Below are positions 17,425 to 27,130 of a stretch of 64,000 nucleotides of DNA, piece by piece. Under the pieces are notes generated by a model, which had not been told where the DNA came from, did not search any database, and saw only the letters and a list, made by a program, of their open reading frames with translations. Source of the DNA: an uncultured Pseudomonadales bacterium. Lineage in GTDB: Bacteria; Patescibacteriota; Microgenomatia; UBA1400; PJMF01. The stretch lies in NCBI GenBank assembly GCA_964648715.1, contig CAZYNM010000007.1, forward strand, positions 1,436 to 65,435, written 5' to 3'. Position numbers and translations under genes: made by a program. The number at the start of each line of letters is the position of its first letter. Position 1 is the stretch's first letter.

Positions 17425-19689
17425 CTATTTTTCGAGTGTGAGTATGGTGTCTCTAAGGATAGCAGCGAGCTCATAATCCAGGTCTTTTGCTGCCTCATTC
17501 ATTTTGCGCTTCAACTTTTGTGCCATTCTTTTTTTATCACTAGGAGTCATATCCTCGGGGTTGAGTGTCGCAAGATCAATAGCTTCACCTTTACTGAGTT
17601 TAATTTCTGAACGCAGTGGCAGCTGTCCAATAGTGCCAGAAGTGTCATCTTCAGTTTCTTTAATCATGCGTTCGCGGATGGGTTTAGCAATACCTTGTGG
17701 CGTAATCCCATGCGTCTTGTTGTGAGCAAGTTGAATGGTTCTTCTACGCTGACTTTCAGTAATAGCAGCTTTCATTGAGCCTGTCAGTCTGTCCGCATAT
17801 AAAATAACTTGACCTGTCTCATGTCTAGCAGCTCTCCCCATTGTCTGAATCAGTGAAGTGCGTGAACGCAAAAATCCTTCTTTATCTGCATCAAGGATAG
17901 CGACCAGTGATACCTCTGGTAGATCTAGACCTTCTCGTAATAAGTTGATCCCAAATAGGACATCGTAGACTCCTTTACGAAGGTCTGTCAAAATATCTGA
18001 TCGTTCCAGTGTCTCTATGTCAGAATGCAAATATGCCACTTTGGGAAACTGAAGTGTTGCAACTGTAGGCAATGGAGTCATATGCTGTGATCCATGCATG
18101 AGGTGAGCTGGTATAGGGCCTATCTCCATGCTTTCAATAGGAAGTAAGCCATCAACTAAACGAATAGACTCACTGGTATCTTCTTTTTCAGCTTGCTGTA
18201 CTTTTTGTGTACGATTATGTAGTAAAGAGCGGACTTTATGCTCATCGTTGAGGTATTCAGTGAGTGCTTCTGCCATACGTTTGGTGAGAGTGGTCACCAG
18301 CGTTCGTTGCCCTATCTGTTTACGATTGAGAACCTCTATAACAAGGTCCTCAATCTGACCAGTAATGGGTCTAATCCAAATGGGTGGATCAACAAGTCCT
18401 GTTGGACGAATCAGTTGCTCGACTGCTTTACTACCACTTAATGATAACTCAAGCTCTTCGGGCGTCGCAGAAACGTGTACACATTGTGGCAATTTTCCCA
18501 AAAACTCGGTAAAACGAAGTGGCCTATTATCCAGCGCACTTGGTAAGCGAAAACCATATTCAATAAGTGTTTGTTTACGAGATTGATCACCATGGTACAT
18601 ACCTCTCACTTGAGGAAGCGTCATGTGGCTTTCATCAACAAAAGTAAGGAATTTTCCGTTCGTGAACTTGCGAGCACACGCAGAAAAGTAATCAATGAGT
18701 GTAAATGGTGGATCACCAGGCTTTCTCCCATCAAAATATCGTGAGTAGTTCTCTACTCCATTGACGTAACCCAGCTCTCTCAGCATATCTAGGTCATGAC
18801 TTACTTTTTGCTGGAGTCGATATGCTTCTATAACCTTGCCTTGAACTTTGAGTTCAGCAACACGCTGCTGCAAATCATGCTCAATATGCTGGAATGCGTC
18901 ATGCTGACTTTGTTGATTAAGTAGGTAGTGCTTGGCAGGATACAAAGTGATTTTCTTACTCTTCCCTTCTTGGGATGAGTGATCGGCAGTACGAATGAGA
19001 GAGCCCGTAACGCCATCAATAGTATGAATAGCAACAATATGGTCAGTAAGTGTCTCAACAGAAAGAGCAGTATCCAGGTATGCTGGCCATATTTGAATAG
19101 TGTCTCCTCGAAGCCGATAACTTCCTCGTTTTAGCTCTACATCTGATCGTTCATATTGCAAGTTAGCTAGTTGCAGTACTAACGTCTCGCGAGAGATAAC
19201 CTCACCCTCCATAAGCTCAAGGGTGTGCTCTCCATACTCAACAGGAGAACCAAGATTATAAATGCATGACACTGAGGCAATCACAATACTGTCTTTTCTT
19301 GTGAGCAAGTTGGTAGTAGCAGCGAGTCGCAATTTATCTATCTCATCATTGATAGTCGCTTCTTTTTCAATATATGTATCCGATGCAGGAATATAAGCTT
19401 CTGGTTGGTAGTAATCGTAGTACGACACGAAATAACTTACTGCGTTTTCTGGAAAGAAGTCGCGAAATTCCTGGTACAGTTGAGCTGCTAGGGTTTTATT
19501 ATGAGCAATAATGAGTGTAGGTAGTTGCGTGTTTTGAATGACATTGGCCATAGTGAAGGTTTTGCCCGATCCAGTGACACCAAGGAGCACTTGATGCGCG
19601 TCACCACGCAACACACCTTGACTCAGCGTGGCGATGGCTTGGGGCTGGTCTCCAGTAGGGCTAAAGGGTTGTGAGAGTTTAAACTGCAT
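17425..19689 (-). CDS. uvrB: Excinuclease ABC subunit B
   Basis: Walker A GVTGSGKTFTMANVIQ, helicase motifs, C-terminal UVR domain (DYELAAILRD). Start at MQFKL (19689), not the longer ORF start. Confidence 0.93.
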   Translation of the reverse strand: MQFKLSQPFSPTGDQPQAIATLSQGVLRGDAHQVLLGVTGSGKTFTMANVIQNTQLPTLIIAHNKTLAAQLYQEFRDFFPENAVSYFVSYYDYYQPEAYIPASDTYIEKEATINDEIDKLRLAATTNLLTRKDSIVIASVSCIYNLGSPVEYGEHTLELMEGEVISRETLVLQLANLQYERSDVELKRGSYRLRGDTIQIWPAYLDTALSVETLTDHIVAIHTIDGVTGSLIRTADHSSQEGKSKKITLYPAKHYLLNQQSQHDAFQHIEHDLQQRVAELKVQGKVIEAYRLQQKVSHDLDMLRELGYVNGVENYSRYFDGRKPGDPPFTLIDYFSACARKFTNGKFLTFVDESHMTLPQVRGMYHGDQSRKQTLIEYGFRLPSALDNRPLRFTEFLGKLPQCVHVSATPEELELSLSGSKAVEQLIRPTGLVDPPIWIRPITGQIEDLVIEVLNRKQIGQRTLVTTLTKRMAEALTEYLNDEHKVRSLLHNRTQKVQQAEKEDTSESIRLVDGLLPIESMEIGPIPAHLMHGSQHMTPLPTVATLQFPKVAYLHSDIETLERSDILTDLRKGVYDVLFGINLLREGLDLPEVSLVAILDADKEGFLRSRTSLIQTMGRAARHETGQVILYADRLTGSMKAAITESQRRRTIQLAHNKTHGITPQGIAKPIRERMIKETEDDTSGTIGQLPLRSEIKLSKGEAIDLATLNPEDMTPSDKKRMAQKLKRKMNEAAKDLDYELAAILRDTILTLEK

Positions 19690-19723
19690 TGAGTCAACCA
19701 TTATACTGTATACTACCTGTACA

Positions 19724-20473
19724 ATGAAAGTCACACCAATCAAAACACCTATCGTTCATGCTCATGATTCACTCATTGCGCTCCTCGCAGACGCACTGCC
19801 TGACTCTCTGCCAGAGAGGTGCATTCTTGCAGTAACTTCAAAAATTATTGCACTGTGTGAAGGTTCAGTTGTTCCCAAAGAAGCAAACACAAAAGATGAA
19901 AAGTATGCTCTTGTTATGCGAGAAGCAGAAAGATACGTCCCTCCCAGCAATTCAAAATATGGTGTACTGCTTACCATCAAAGATCAAGTGCTTGCCGTCA
20001 ACGCTGGCATAGATGAATCAAACGGTGATGGTATGTATGTGCTGTGGCCTCATGACTCGTATGGAGCCGCGCAAGCAGTGTGGGAGTGGTTGCGTGAGAC
20101 TTACTCACTCAAGCAGTGTGGCGTTATCGTAACGGACAGTCGTACCATTCCACTCAAGTGGGGTACTATTGGGACTTGTCTTGCCCACTGTGGGTTTAAG
20201 GCGCTTAATAATAAAATTGGCGAAAAAGATTTGTTTGGCCATGAGATGCAAATGACTCAAGTTAACGTAGCAGAAGCCCTTGCTATTAGTGCAGTTTTTG
20301 AGATGGGTGAGGTGGCAGAAGCTACTCCATTAGCTGTGATAGAGGATGCATCAACAGTGGTATTCACCACAACACCACCTACCGAGGAAGAAAAACGGAG
20401 TCTAGTCATTGCGCCTGAAGATGATGTATATGCACCAGTGCTCATGTCTGCACCTTGGACTACGCAAAAATAG
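19724..20473 (+). CDS. F420-0:gamma-glutamyl ligase (CofE)-like protein
   Basis: Start at MKVTPIK. AVTSKIIALCEGS, GIDESN, VIVTDSRTIPLKWGTIGTCLAHCGF, AEALAISAVFEMGE match the CofE family pattern. Confidence 0.65.
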   Translation: MKVTPIKTPIVHAHDSLIALLADALPDSLPERCILAVTSKIIALCEGSVVPKEANTKDEKYALVMREAERYVPPSNSKYGVLLTIKDQVLAVNAGIDESNGDGMYVLWPHDSYGAAQAVWEWLRETYSLKQCGVIVTDSRTIPLKWGTIGTCLAHCGFKALNNKIGEKDLFGHEMQMTQVNVAEALAISAVFEMGEVAEATPLAVIEDASTVVFTTTPPTEEEKRSLVIAPEDDVYAPVLMSAPWTTQK

Positions 20474-20492
20474 CGGTATACTAGCACCATCC

Positions 20493-20954
20493 ATGTTTGA
20501 ACCATCACCAGAAAAAAGAACTGTACTTCGAGAGGTGCGGTATATTTTGCAGCATCGTACTACTGAACTAGAAGATGCAGTCCCCGAAGATATTATAGAG
20601 TTTACGCCAGAGGGAACTACCCCAGTACAACAAGAGACCAAGCTGTTTATGGATGATGCGCGCATGGATGAGCGTGCACTGACTGAAAAACAGATCACTC
20701 AGGAGCCATATATCATCCAGGCAGTACTGGAACTTACCAACGGGTTTGTTGATGAGCAGCTGGCACGATATAAGCGAATACTGGTGGGGTATAAAAAACG
20801 AGCGGAGTCATGTGGTTGTCGCAAATGCTGGGCCGATTACGAGCATCTACGTGACGAATATGTTACACACTTTGGTGTCCCGGATGCAGAGCAAGATGTA
20901 GCTCCTAGAGAAGTAGCGCAGTTTATTGAAAAATATGTCCCAAAGCTTGATTAG
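20493..20954 (+). CDS. Hypothetical protein
   Basis: ORF starting MFEPSPEKR; no recognisable motifs. The listed longer ORF start overlaps cofE. Confidence 0.45.
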   Translation: MFEPSPEKRTVLREVRYILQHRTTELEDAVPEDIIEFTPEGTTPVQQETKLFMDDARMDERALTEKQITQEPYIIQAVLELTNGFVDEQLARYKRILVGYKKRAESCGCRKCWADYEHLRDEYVTHFGVPDAEQDVAPREVAQFIEKYVPKLD

Positions 20955-21937
20955 GTGCGAATAATGTCGTAATCGTATACAGGTTGTGCCACAGCTCCAA
21001 AACGGAACTTGTACTCTTCACTCCCTCGCAAGAAGTCATATACCTTTTTACCCTGAAGTAGTGCGTCTTTGATGGTGTATGCAGTGAGAACTGTTCCCAC
21101 ACTCAGTTGACGATACTCGGGGTCAAACCCTGAATTGTACAAGTAGTAGCCCATATCATCGGTAAAAACTAACATGGTAGCCACTGCTTTTTTTTCAACA
21201 TGCATAAAAAACAAGCGTACTCTTCCATCTCGAGCTAGTGCGGGAAGCGCTGTGTCAAAGAATGCTCTATGTTCATCGGTCCAAAATGACTGTTTCTCTT
21301 TTGATGATAGTTCGTGCAGTTTCACAAACATAGGTAACGCGCGCTTCACATCTACTTCGCTTGTATAGACGGTGTATTCAATACCATGCTGCTCACTGTT
21401 TCGTACTTTGCGTCGTAGCTCATGACGTTCTTTGCGTCCTAAACTGGCTAAGTATGATTCCCAATCTTGTGGCAGCTTAATTAGGGGACAAACATCTTGT
21501 TGGGTTTGTAATGCATGCGGATACTGTTTCATAAGCCAAGTGCGAGTGGATGAGGTTTCTGGCAAACTGCATAGATATAGTCGATTCCACTGTATATCTC
21601 CTTGGAGCCTAGTGGCAAATTCTTGGTAGACCTCTGTTTCGTAGCTGGGATCTACTAGCACATCAAGGTAGTCTGATACAGCGACACAGCCAATAAAGCT
21701 AATGACAGTGTCTCCATTTTCTGTTGTTGTCTTCATGCAGGGTGCCAAGCCACGCAGCACGCCATCTTCAGAGCGTACAGTGATACACCACAATTCTCCA
21801 GAACCCAGTGTGTCCCACCAGGACAGGAGGAATGCTGGTCGCTGGAAGATATGGGTGCCAGTTCGTTCTTGCAGACTATTCCACTCCGCGATAAGTGAAG
21901 TAAGCTCAGAGACGTTAGTGAGAACTGCTGTGTTCAT
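20951..21937 (-). CDS. GNAT-fold protein, CelD/FemAB-like (Acetyltransf_6 / PF13480-like)
   Basis: C-terminal ...VYDFLRGSEEYKFRFGAV... matches the DfgrG..YK..FGA signature of the PF13480 family. Start at MNTAVLT. Confidence 0.6.
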   Translation of the reverse strand: MNTAVLTNVSELTSLIAEWNSLQERTGTHIFQRPAFLLSWWDTLGSGELWCITVRSEDGVLRGLAPCMKTTTENGDTVISFIGCVAVSDYLDVLVDPSYETEVYQEFATRLQGDIQWNRLYLCSLPETSSTRTWLMKQYPHALQTQQDVCPLIKLPQDWESYLASLGRKERHELRRKVRNSEQHGIEYTVYTSEVDVKRALPMFVKLHELSSKEKQSFWTDEHRAFFDTALPALARDGRVRLFFMHVEKKAVATMLVFTDDMGYYLYNSGFDPEYRQLSVGTVLTAYTIKDALLQGKKVYDFLRGSEEYKFRFGAVAQPVYDYDIIRT

Positions 21938-21980
21938 ACTGCTGGTGTAGTATACTCTGCCTACTGGAGGACACGCTAGT

Positions 21981-22553
21981 ATGCCAAAATCTACTGGGCG
22001 CACAAAAAAACTACTGCTTATTTCTACCAAAACCGGTGATGCCGGTGAAACTGGCTTGGCCAACGGTGAGCGCCTCAGTAAAGCTTCTCCTTTATTTGAA
22101 ATTATTGGCACTCTTGATGAACTTAACTCTTGGTTAGGGCTTGTAGCGGTGGATATTCATGAGAAAAACCCACAGCGTGCAGTGGTGTATGCCATTCAAA
22201 ATACTCTTTTTGTGGTAGGTGCAGAGCTTGCTAAGTCGCCAAAGGCGCAACTCAAACAGGCTGAGTTGGACCGGATAGAACAACAGGCAGAAGAGCTGCA
22301 GCGTGCTATGGCAGACAACTGGCATACGAAGTTTTTGTTACCAGGCGGGACCAAGAATGGTGCTCACTGCGATATTGCGCGTACTGTCAGCAGAAGACTT
22401 GAACGTGTGTTGGTCTCGTTCCACCACATATATCCGGTACGGTCCCTGATCTTGCAGTACATTAATCGACTCTCCGACTACCTCTACGTGTTACGCTGCT
22501 ATCTCAATGAGCAAGAGGGGTACCAGGAACAAGAGTTCAAGGTGCACAAATGA
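21981..22553 (+). CDS. ATP:cob(I)alamin adenosyltransferase, PduO-type (MMAB family)
   Basis: LISTKTGDAGETGL motif (TKTGDxGET); ~190 aa helical-bundle family. Confidence 0.75.
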   Translation: MPKSTGRTKKLLLISTKTGDAGETGLANGERLSKASPLFEIIGTLDELNSWLGLVAVDIHEKNPQRAVVYAIQNTLFVVGAELAKSPKAQLKQAELDRIEQQAEELQRAMADNWHTKFLLPGGTKNGAHCDIARTVSRRLERVLVSFHHIYPVRSLILQYINRLSDYLYVLRCYLNEQEGYQEQEFKVHK

Positions 22554-23164
22554 CACAAATATATGTGGTACGCCATGCTGAGAGTGAAGGAAATGTGCAC
22601 CATATTCTCCAAGGGCAAGCAGATTATCCTCTCAGTGAAACGGGGAAGCAGCAAGCACGCTTACGGGCGCGTGAATTGGCCACTATTCCTTTCGCGGCAG
22701 TTTTCTCTTCAGATTTGCTGCGTGCCCACCACACTGCTGAAATTCTAGCTACCGAACACGTGTTGATTACTATCACAAAGAAAGCTTTACGTGAACGGAA
22801 CTTTGGTGCCTTCAATGGTTCGGCTACAGGCCAATTCAATGCTGCTCTTAAAGACCTTTTGGCTTACCGAGAAACACTCTCAGATCAAGAGCGCTTTTCC
22901 CACAAATTAGCACCAGATATAGAAAGTGATGAAGAGCTCATGCTTCGTTGTACTACATTTTTGAGAGAAGTTGCACTGGCGTATCCCAGTCAACCAGTCC
23001 TTGTGGTGACGCACAGCACGGTTATTAAAACGCTGCTTATTCATCTTGGTCGTTTCACCTATGCGCAATCACCACAAGTATATATTCGCAATACTGGGTA
23101 TTGTATTGTTGAGTGTGATGGTGTGGAGCTGAACGTGACCGAGCTGCATGATATTAGTATTTAA
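22550..23164 (+). CDS. Histidine phosphatase family protein (phosphoglycerate-mutase-like)
   Basis: IYVVRHAESEGN (RHG-type catalytic motif), ...LLRAHHTAEIL...; 204 aa. ATGA overlap with the upstream gene. Confidence 0.75.
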   Translation: MTQIYVVRHAESEGNVHHILQGQADYPLSETGKQQARLRARELATIPFAAVFSSDLLRAHHTAEILATEHVLITITKKALRERNFGAFNGSATGQFNAALKDLLAYRETLSDQERFSHKLAPDIESDEELMLRCTTFLREVALAYPSQPVLVVTHSTVIKTLLIHLGRFTYAQSPQVYIRNTGYCIVECDGVELNVTELHDISI

Positions 23165-23781
23165 AATTGGTATTTACGAATCAAGCCACATACTCTTCCT
23201 TGGATCTGCACGTGTGTTGCATAAATGGGACTCATGCTTGAGTTAGCAGGCTCTAAGCGAACACGGGTGAGTTCACGATAAAAACGCTTAAGCGTGGCAA
23301 GTCCGTTATCAAGCAACGCAACCACGATATCTCCATCACTCACATCCTGCGTTTCTTCAATGACCACATAATCTCCATCCTGAATATGGTCTTCGATCAT
23401 TGACTCACCTTTAACTTGGAGAACGTATGAACGTCGCTTACCACTGATCATTTCTGGAGATACTTTGAAGGTAGCATTGGGGTCATGATGAGGTTCGATT
23501 GGCGAACCGGCGGCAATAAAACCAAGCAGTGGCAAGTCAATTGAATCAGAAACCTTGAGAAAGGTACGATCAATGAGCTCAATACCTCTCACCGATCCCT
23601 CATGTTTACGGATCACCTTTTTGCGCTGGAGGGCTTGTAAGTGTTCATGGACAGTGGCTAAGGAAGAAACGCCAATAGAATCCCCTATTTCCCGCAGGGT
23701 CGGAGAATACCCATTTCTTTGTAAGTACTGTGCTACAAAATCGACGATTTGACGCTGGCGTTTGTACAGTGTAACTGGCAT
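23161..23781 (-). CDS. lexA: LexA repressor
   Basis: N-terminal wHTH (LTKRQRQIVDFV...GYSPTLREIG) and S24 peptidase domain with GESM...IEDHI.DGD.VVI and the Ser/Lys dyad region. Confidence 0.9.
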   Translation of the reverse strand: MPVTLYKRQRQIVDFVAQYLQRNGYSPTLREIGDSIGVSSLATVHEHLQALQRKKVIRKHEGSVRGIELIDRTFLKVSDSIDLPLLGFIAAGSPIEPHHDPNATFKVSPEMISGKRRSYVLQVKGESMIEDHIQDGDYVVIEETQDVSDGDIVVALLDNGLATLKRFYRELTRVRLEPANSSMSPIYATHVQIQGRVCGLIRKYQF

Positions 23782-23955
23782 ATGAGCTATTCCCCTTAAG
23801 TTATTGTTTCGGGCGTATGATTACCGAAGTACACACAGAATAACCAAAAAGACCACGAACATACAATAACATCTTTGTTGATCAAACTATATCAATTTAA
23901 TCTTAACTCGAGAGGAACGCATGGGACTCATGTTTTCGGATCAAAAAAAATCATA

Positions 23956-25812
23956 CTACACAAGTGCTCGACCTGTCATTGAGCTTGGCTTTTCTATACC
24001 CATAACTTTCAGTATGGTCGGCGCAACGTCTGCAAGGATGCCAGAGGGCAGCATGCGTGGCTGATTGAATTCTTTACCAATAATAAAAAGTGGGACGGGA
24101 TAAATAGAGTGCTCAGTATCCTTGGCGCCAGTTTGATTATTGATCATCTCTTCTACATTCCCGTGGTCAGCAGTGATAAACACTACTCCATTCATAAGTA
24201 GCACCGTGCTTACTATTTTTCCCACGACATCGTCAACGACCTCACATGCTTGCACAGCAGCATCTAAATTACCTGTGTGTCCTACCATATCTCCATTGCA
24301 AATATTAGCAATGACGACGTCAATGGTATTGGTCCGTAGGCGTTTTATCATTTCATCACAAATTTCATACGCACTCATTGCAGGTGCTTGATCGTAAGAC
24401 TTGACACCTTTGGAGGGAATAATGACCCGAAGTTCACCAGGGAAAACATCCTCACGTTGTCCATTCATATAGTACGTAACAAACCGCTCTTTTTCTGTTT
24501 CGGTAATTCTTAGCTGCCTCAAGCCCATGTCTGCAAAAACTTTCCCGATGGGGTTTTTAATATTCTGCGGAGGAAATGCAATGTCTACTGGCAATCCATC
24601 TTCGTAGTTTGTCATGGTAACAAAGTACAAGTTAGTGATAATTTTTTGACGTTGGAAGGTCAGGATGTGTTTCTGCTCCTGAATATTTGTGTTTTCATAC
24701 TTCTCCGTGTAAGGGTCAAAAGCCATGTGGTGAATGCCTCCTTCAAAGTTGGGCATTACAAACGCTCGGGTTAACTCACGAGGGCGGTCTATGCGGTAGT
24801 TAAAAAAGATGGCAGCATCGTTGTCATTAATAACACGGTGGCTACCATCTTCATTGCATACACAGATAGGTTCGATAAACTCGTCTGTGGTTCCTGCATC
24901 ATATTGTTGTTGCACCGCTGCAATAAGATCGGTGGTACAGGCACCCACAGCTAAAGTCATTGCATTATAGGCTTTTTCAATTCTGTCCCACTTGGTGTCA
25001 CGATCCATTGCGTAGTAGCGGCCCATGATGGTAGCTATTTTGCCTACCCCTACTCGCTGACAGTGATCTTGTAGTTGCTGCAGATATGTAATCCCAGAAG
25101 TAGGTGGTGAGTCTCTGCCGTCAGTGAAGGCGTGGATATACACATTGGTGAAGTTTTGCTGCTGGCATAAGTTGAGCAGTGCATACAAGTGTTCAATATT
25201 GGAGTGGACCCCACCGGCTCCCACAAGCCCCATTATATGGAGTGCAGAATTCTGGTTGCGAGCATGTGTAATAGCATTGAGAAATGCAGATGTGGTGGCA
25301 AAACTACCATCGGCAATAGCCATGTTAATACGTGGAAGGTCCTGGTACACAATATGTCCCGCTCCTATATTAAGGTGTCCAGTTTCAGTGTTACCATCTT
25401 CGCCTTGTGGCAAGCCCACTGCCTGTCCGGATGCCTCCAACTGGGTATGTAGATAGGAGAGCCAGTACTTATCAATATTGGGTGTTTTGGCACGCTTAAT
25501 GGCGTTGCCTGGGTTGTCAGGACCTATCCCCCAGCCATCAAGGACAAGCAGCACGACTGGACGCACGCCCTTATACCTGTTCTGAGGTACCATCTTGTCA
25601 AATGGTTTATCGGTGATGAGATAAGTAGGATTCACAGCTCCATCACTTTGAGCTGTTTCAGTCGGCGCTGGTTGTGCAGTATCTTGTGTATTTGCCTCGA
25701 GCGGCGGAGTGGTTTGGGGTACAACGACTGTTGACCTCATAAATGACGGCAAAAAATCAGGCTGAGCAGCAGGTTGAGCCGGCTTCTCTTGAGGTTTTTG
25801 TACGTTGATCAT
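23956..25812 (-). CDS. gpmI: 2,3-bisphosphoglycerate-independent phosphoglycerate mutase, possibly with low-complexity N-terminal extension
   Basis: VVLLVLDGWGIGPDNPGNAI...TPNIDKY...GLPQGEDGNTETGHLNIGAG are canonical iPGM motifs. Start chosen at MINVQK (7 nt after the eno stop); a start at MVPQNRY (25593) would remove the ~75-aa Q/P/A/T-rich extension. Confidence 0.85.
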   Translation of the reverse strand: MINVQKPQEKPAQPAAQPDFLPSFMRSTVVVPQTTPPLEANTQDTAQPAPTETAQSDGAVNPTYLITDKPFDKMVPQNRYKGVRPVVLLVLDGWGIGPDNPGNAIKRAKTPNIDKYWLSYLHTQLEASGQAVGLPQGEDGNTETGHLNIGAGHIVYQDLPRINMAIADGSFATTSAFLNAITHARNQNSALHIMGLVGAGGVHSNIEHLYALLNLCQQQNFTNVYIHAFTDGRDSPPTSGITYLQQLQDHCQRVGVGKIATIMGRYYAMDRDTKWDRIEKAYNAMTLAVGACTTDLIAAVQQQYDAGTTDEFIEPICVCNEDGSHRVINDNDAAIFFNYRIDRPRELTRAFVMPNFEGGIHHMAFDPYTEKYENTNIQEQKHILTFQRQKIITNLYFVTMTNYEDGLPVDIAFPPQNIKNPIGKVFADMGLRQLRITETEKERFVTYYMNGQREDVFPGELRVIIPSKGVKSYDQAPAMSAYEICDEMIKRLRTNTIDVVIANICNGDMVGHTGNLDAAVQACEVVDDVVGKIVSTVLLMNGVVFITADHGNVEEMINNQTGAKDTEHSIYPVPLFIIGKEFNQPRMLPSGILADVAPTILKVMGIEKPSSMTGRALV

Positions 25813-25819
25813 TGCTTTA

Positions 25820-27127
25820 CTATACTGCTTCTTTTGGCGATTGGGCAGTGGAAGATGAGGTGTCTGCCAGATTACGCTGGAGCATCTCAAAATTAATTTG
25901 AAGCAGTCGATTATATTTTGCTGTTCGTTCACCACGGTTGGGTGGTCCAAACTTGGCATATTCGGCGCCCGTGCCTACGGCAAAATCAGCAATGAAATCA
26001 TCATTGGTTTCCCCACTGCGGTGAGACATTACACAGGTCCAGCCTGCTTTTCGAGCAATTTGCATCACTTCAATAGACTCACTGAGCGTGCCAATCTGGT
26101 TGGGTTTGACCAGCAAGGTATTGCATGATTTCTGGGCAATAGCGGTTTCGATTTTTGCTTTGTTGGTAGCCAGGAAGCTGTCACCCACAATTTTGGTAGT
26201 TTCACCAATCTCTGTGGTCACTCCTTGCCAGGAGGAGAGATCATCTTCTTGGAAAGGATCTTCCAGGTAAAACACGTTGTACATATCGCGGATCTTTTTG
26301 TAGTACTCCAAGAGTTCGGGACCAGTGTAGGGCTGTGCTCTATCTTTAAGTGAATAGCGTCCATTGCTAAAGAGTTGTTCTGCCGCTACGTCTACACCAA
26401 AGAAGAGGTCTTGGGTAAAGGTATACGGCGTTGCTTTGATTGTTTCCACCAAGATCTCAAATACGTCACTATTGCTGTATAAATTGGGGGTAAATCCGCC
26501 AACTAAGCCGACCGAGTGGATTGCTCCTTTAATAACCAATACTTCTTCAAGTTTTTGAAAAATGGTAACACCCATATCAAGCGATTCCTCAAAGGTGAGA
26601 TGACTGGCAGGGATGACTTGAAACTCTTGGATATCAAGGTTGTTGGCGCCGTGCTCTCCGCCATTGATGACAGAGTAAATGCAGGTAGGTATCGCCATTT
26701 GGGGTGATAGCTTGTATTTTTCATGCATATAATAATACAAAGGCAAATTTTCAGAAAGAGCGCCAGCTTTCATAACTGCTTGAGAAACTGCCAGCACAGA
26801 ATTGGCCCCAAGTTTGCTCTTATTGGGAGTCCCGTCCAGGTTTATAAGTAATTGATCAATCTCAGTTTGGGCGGTAGGATCTTTACCTACTATTTGTGGA
26901 GCTATAACTGTGTTGACAATATTAACTGCTTTGAGCACACCTTTACCCAGCATTCTACTGGGATCTTTGTCTCTTAACTCAAGCGCTTCGTACTTCCCTA
27001 TAGATGTGCCACTGGGAACGCTGGTTGCCACAATTCCGCCAGTATCCAACCACAATGTACATTCGATGGTGGGAATACCACGCGAATCAAGGATCTCTCG
27101 AGCGTAAATGCCTTGTATGACCGCCAT
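25820..27127 (-). CDS. eno: Enolase
   Basis: MAVIQGIYAREILDSRGIPTIE..., ...SHRSGETED-like SHRSGETND; 435 aa. Confidence 0.95.
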   Translation of the reverse strand: MAVIQGIYAREILDSRGIPTIECTLWLDTGGIVATSVPSGTSIGKYEALELRDKDPSRMLGKGVLKAVNIVNTVIAPQIVGKDPTAQTEIDQLLINLDGTPNKSKLGANSVLAVSQAVMKAGALSENLPLYYYMHEKYKLSPQMAIPTCIYSVINGGEHGANNLDIQEFQVIPASHLTFEESLDMGVTIFQKLEEVLVIKGAIHSVGLVGGFTPNLYSNSDVFEILVETIKATPYTFTQDLFFGVDVAAEQLFSNGRYSLKDRAQPYTGPELLEYYKKIRDMYNVFYLEDPFQEDDLSSWQGVTTEIGETTKIVGDSFLATNKAKIETAIAQKSCNTLLVKPNQIGTLSESIEVMQIARKAGWTCVMSHRSGETNDDFIADFAVGTGAEYAKFGPPNRGERTAKYNRLLQINFEMLQRNLADTSSSTAQSPKEAV

Positions 27128-27130
27128 AGA

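Noticed and set aside
23782-23955. Possible palindromic LexA operator TTCGG-N11-CCGAA upstream of lexA
   Set aside because: Unusual 11-nt spacing, no match to known LexA box classes, and not found upstream of uvrA or uvrB. Only the CGAACATAC 9-mer is shared, and that is reported separately.
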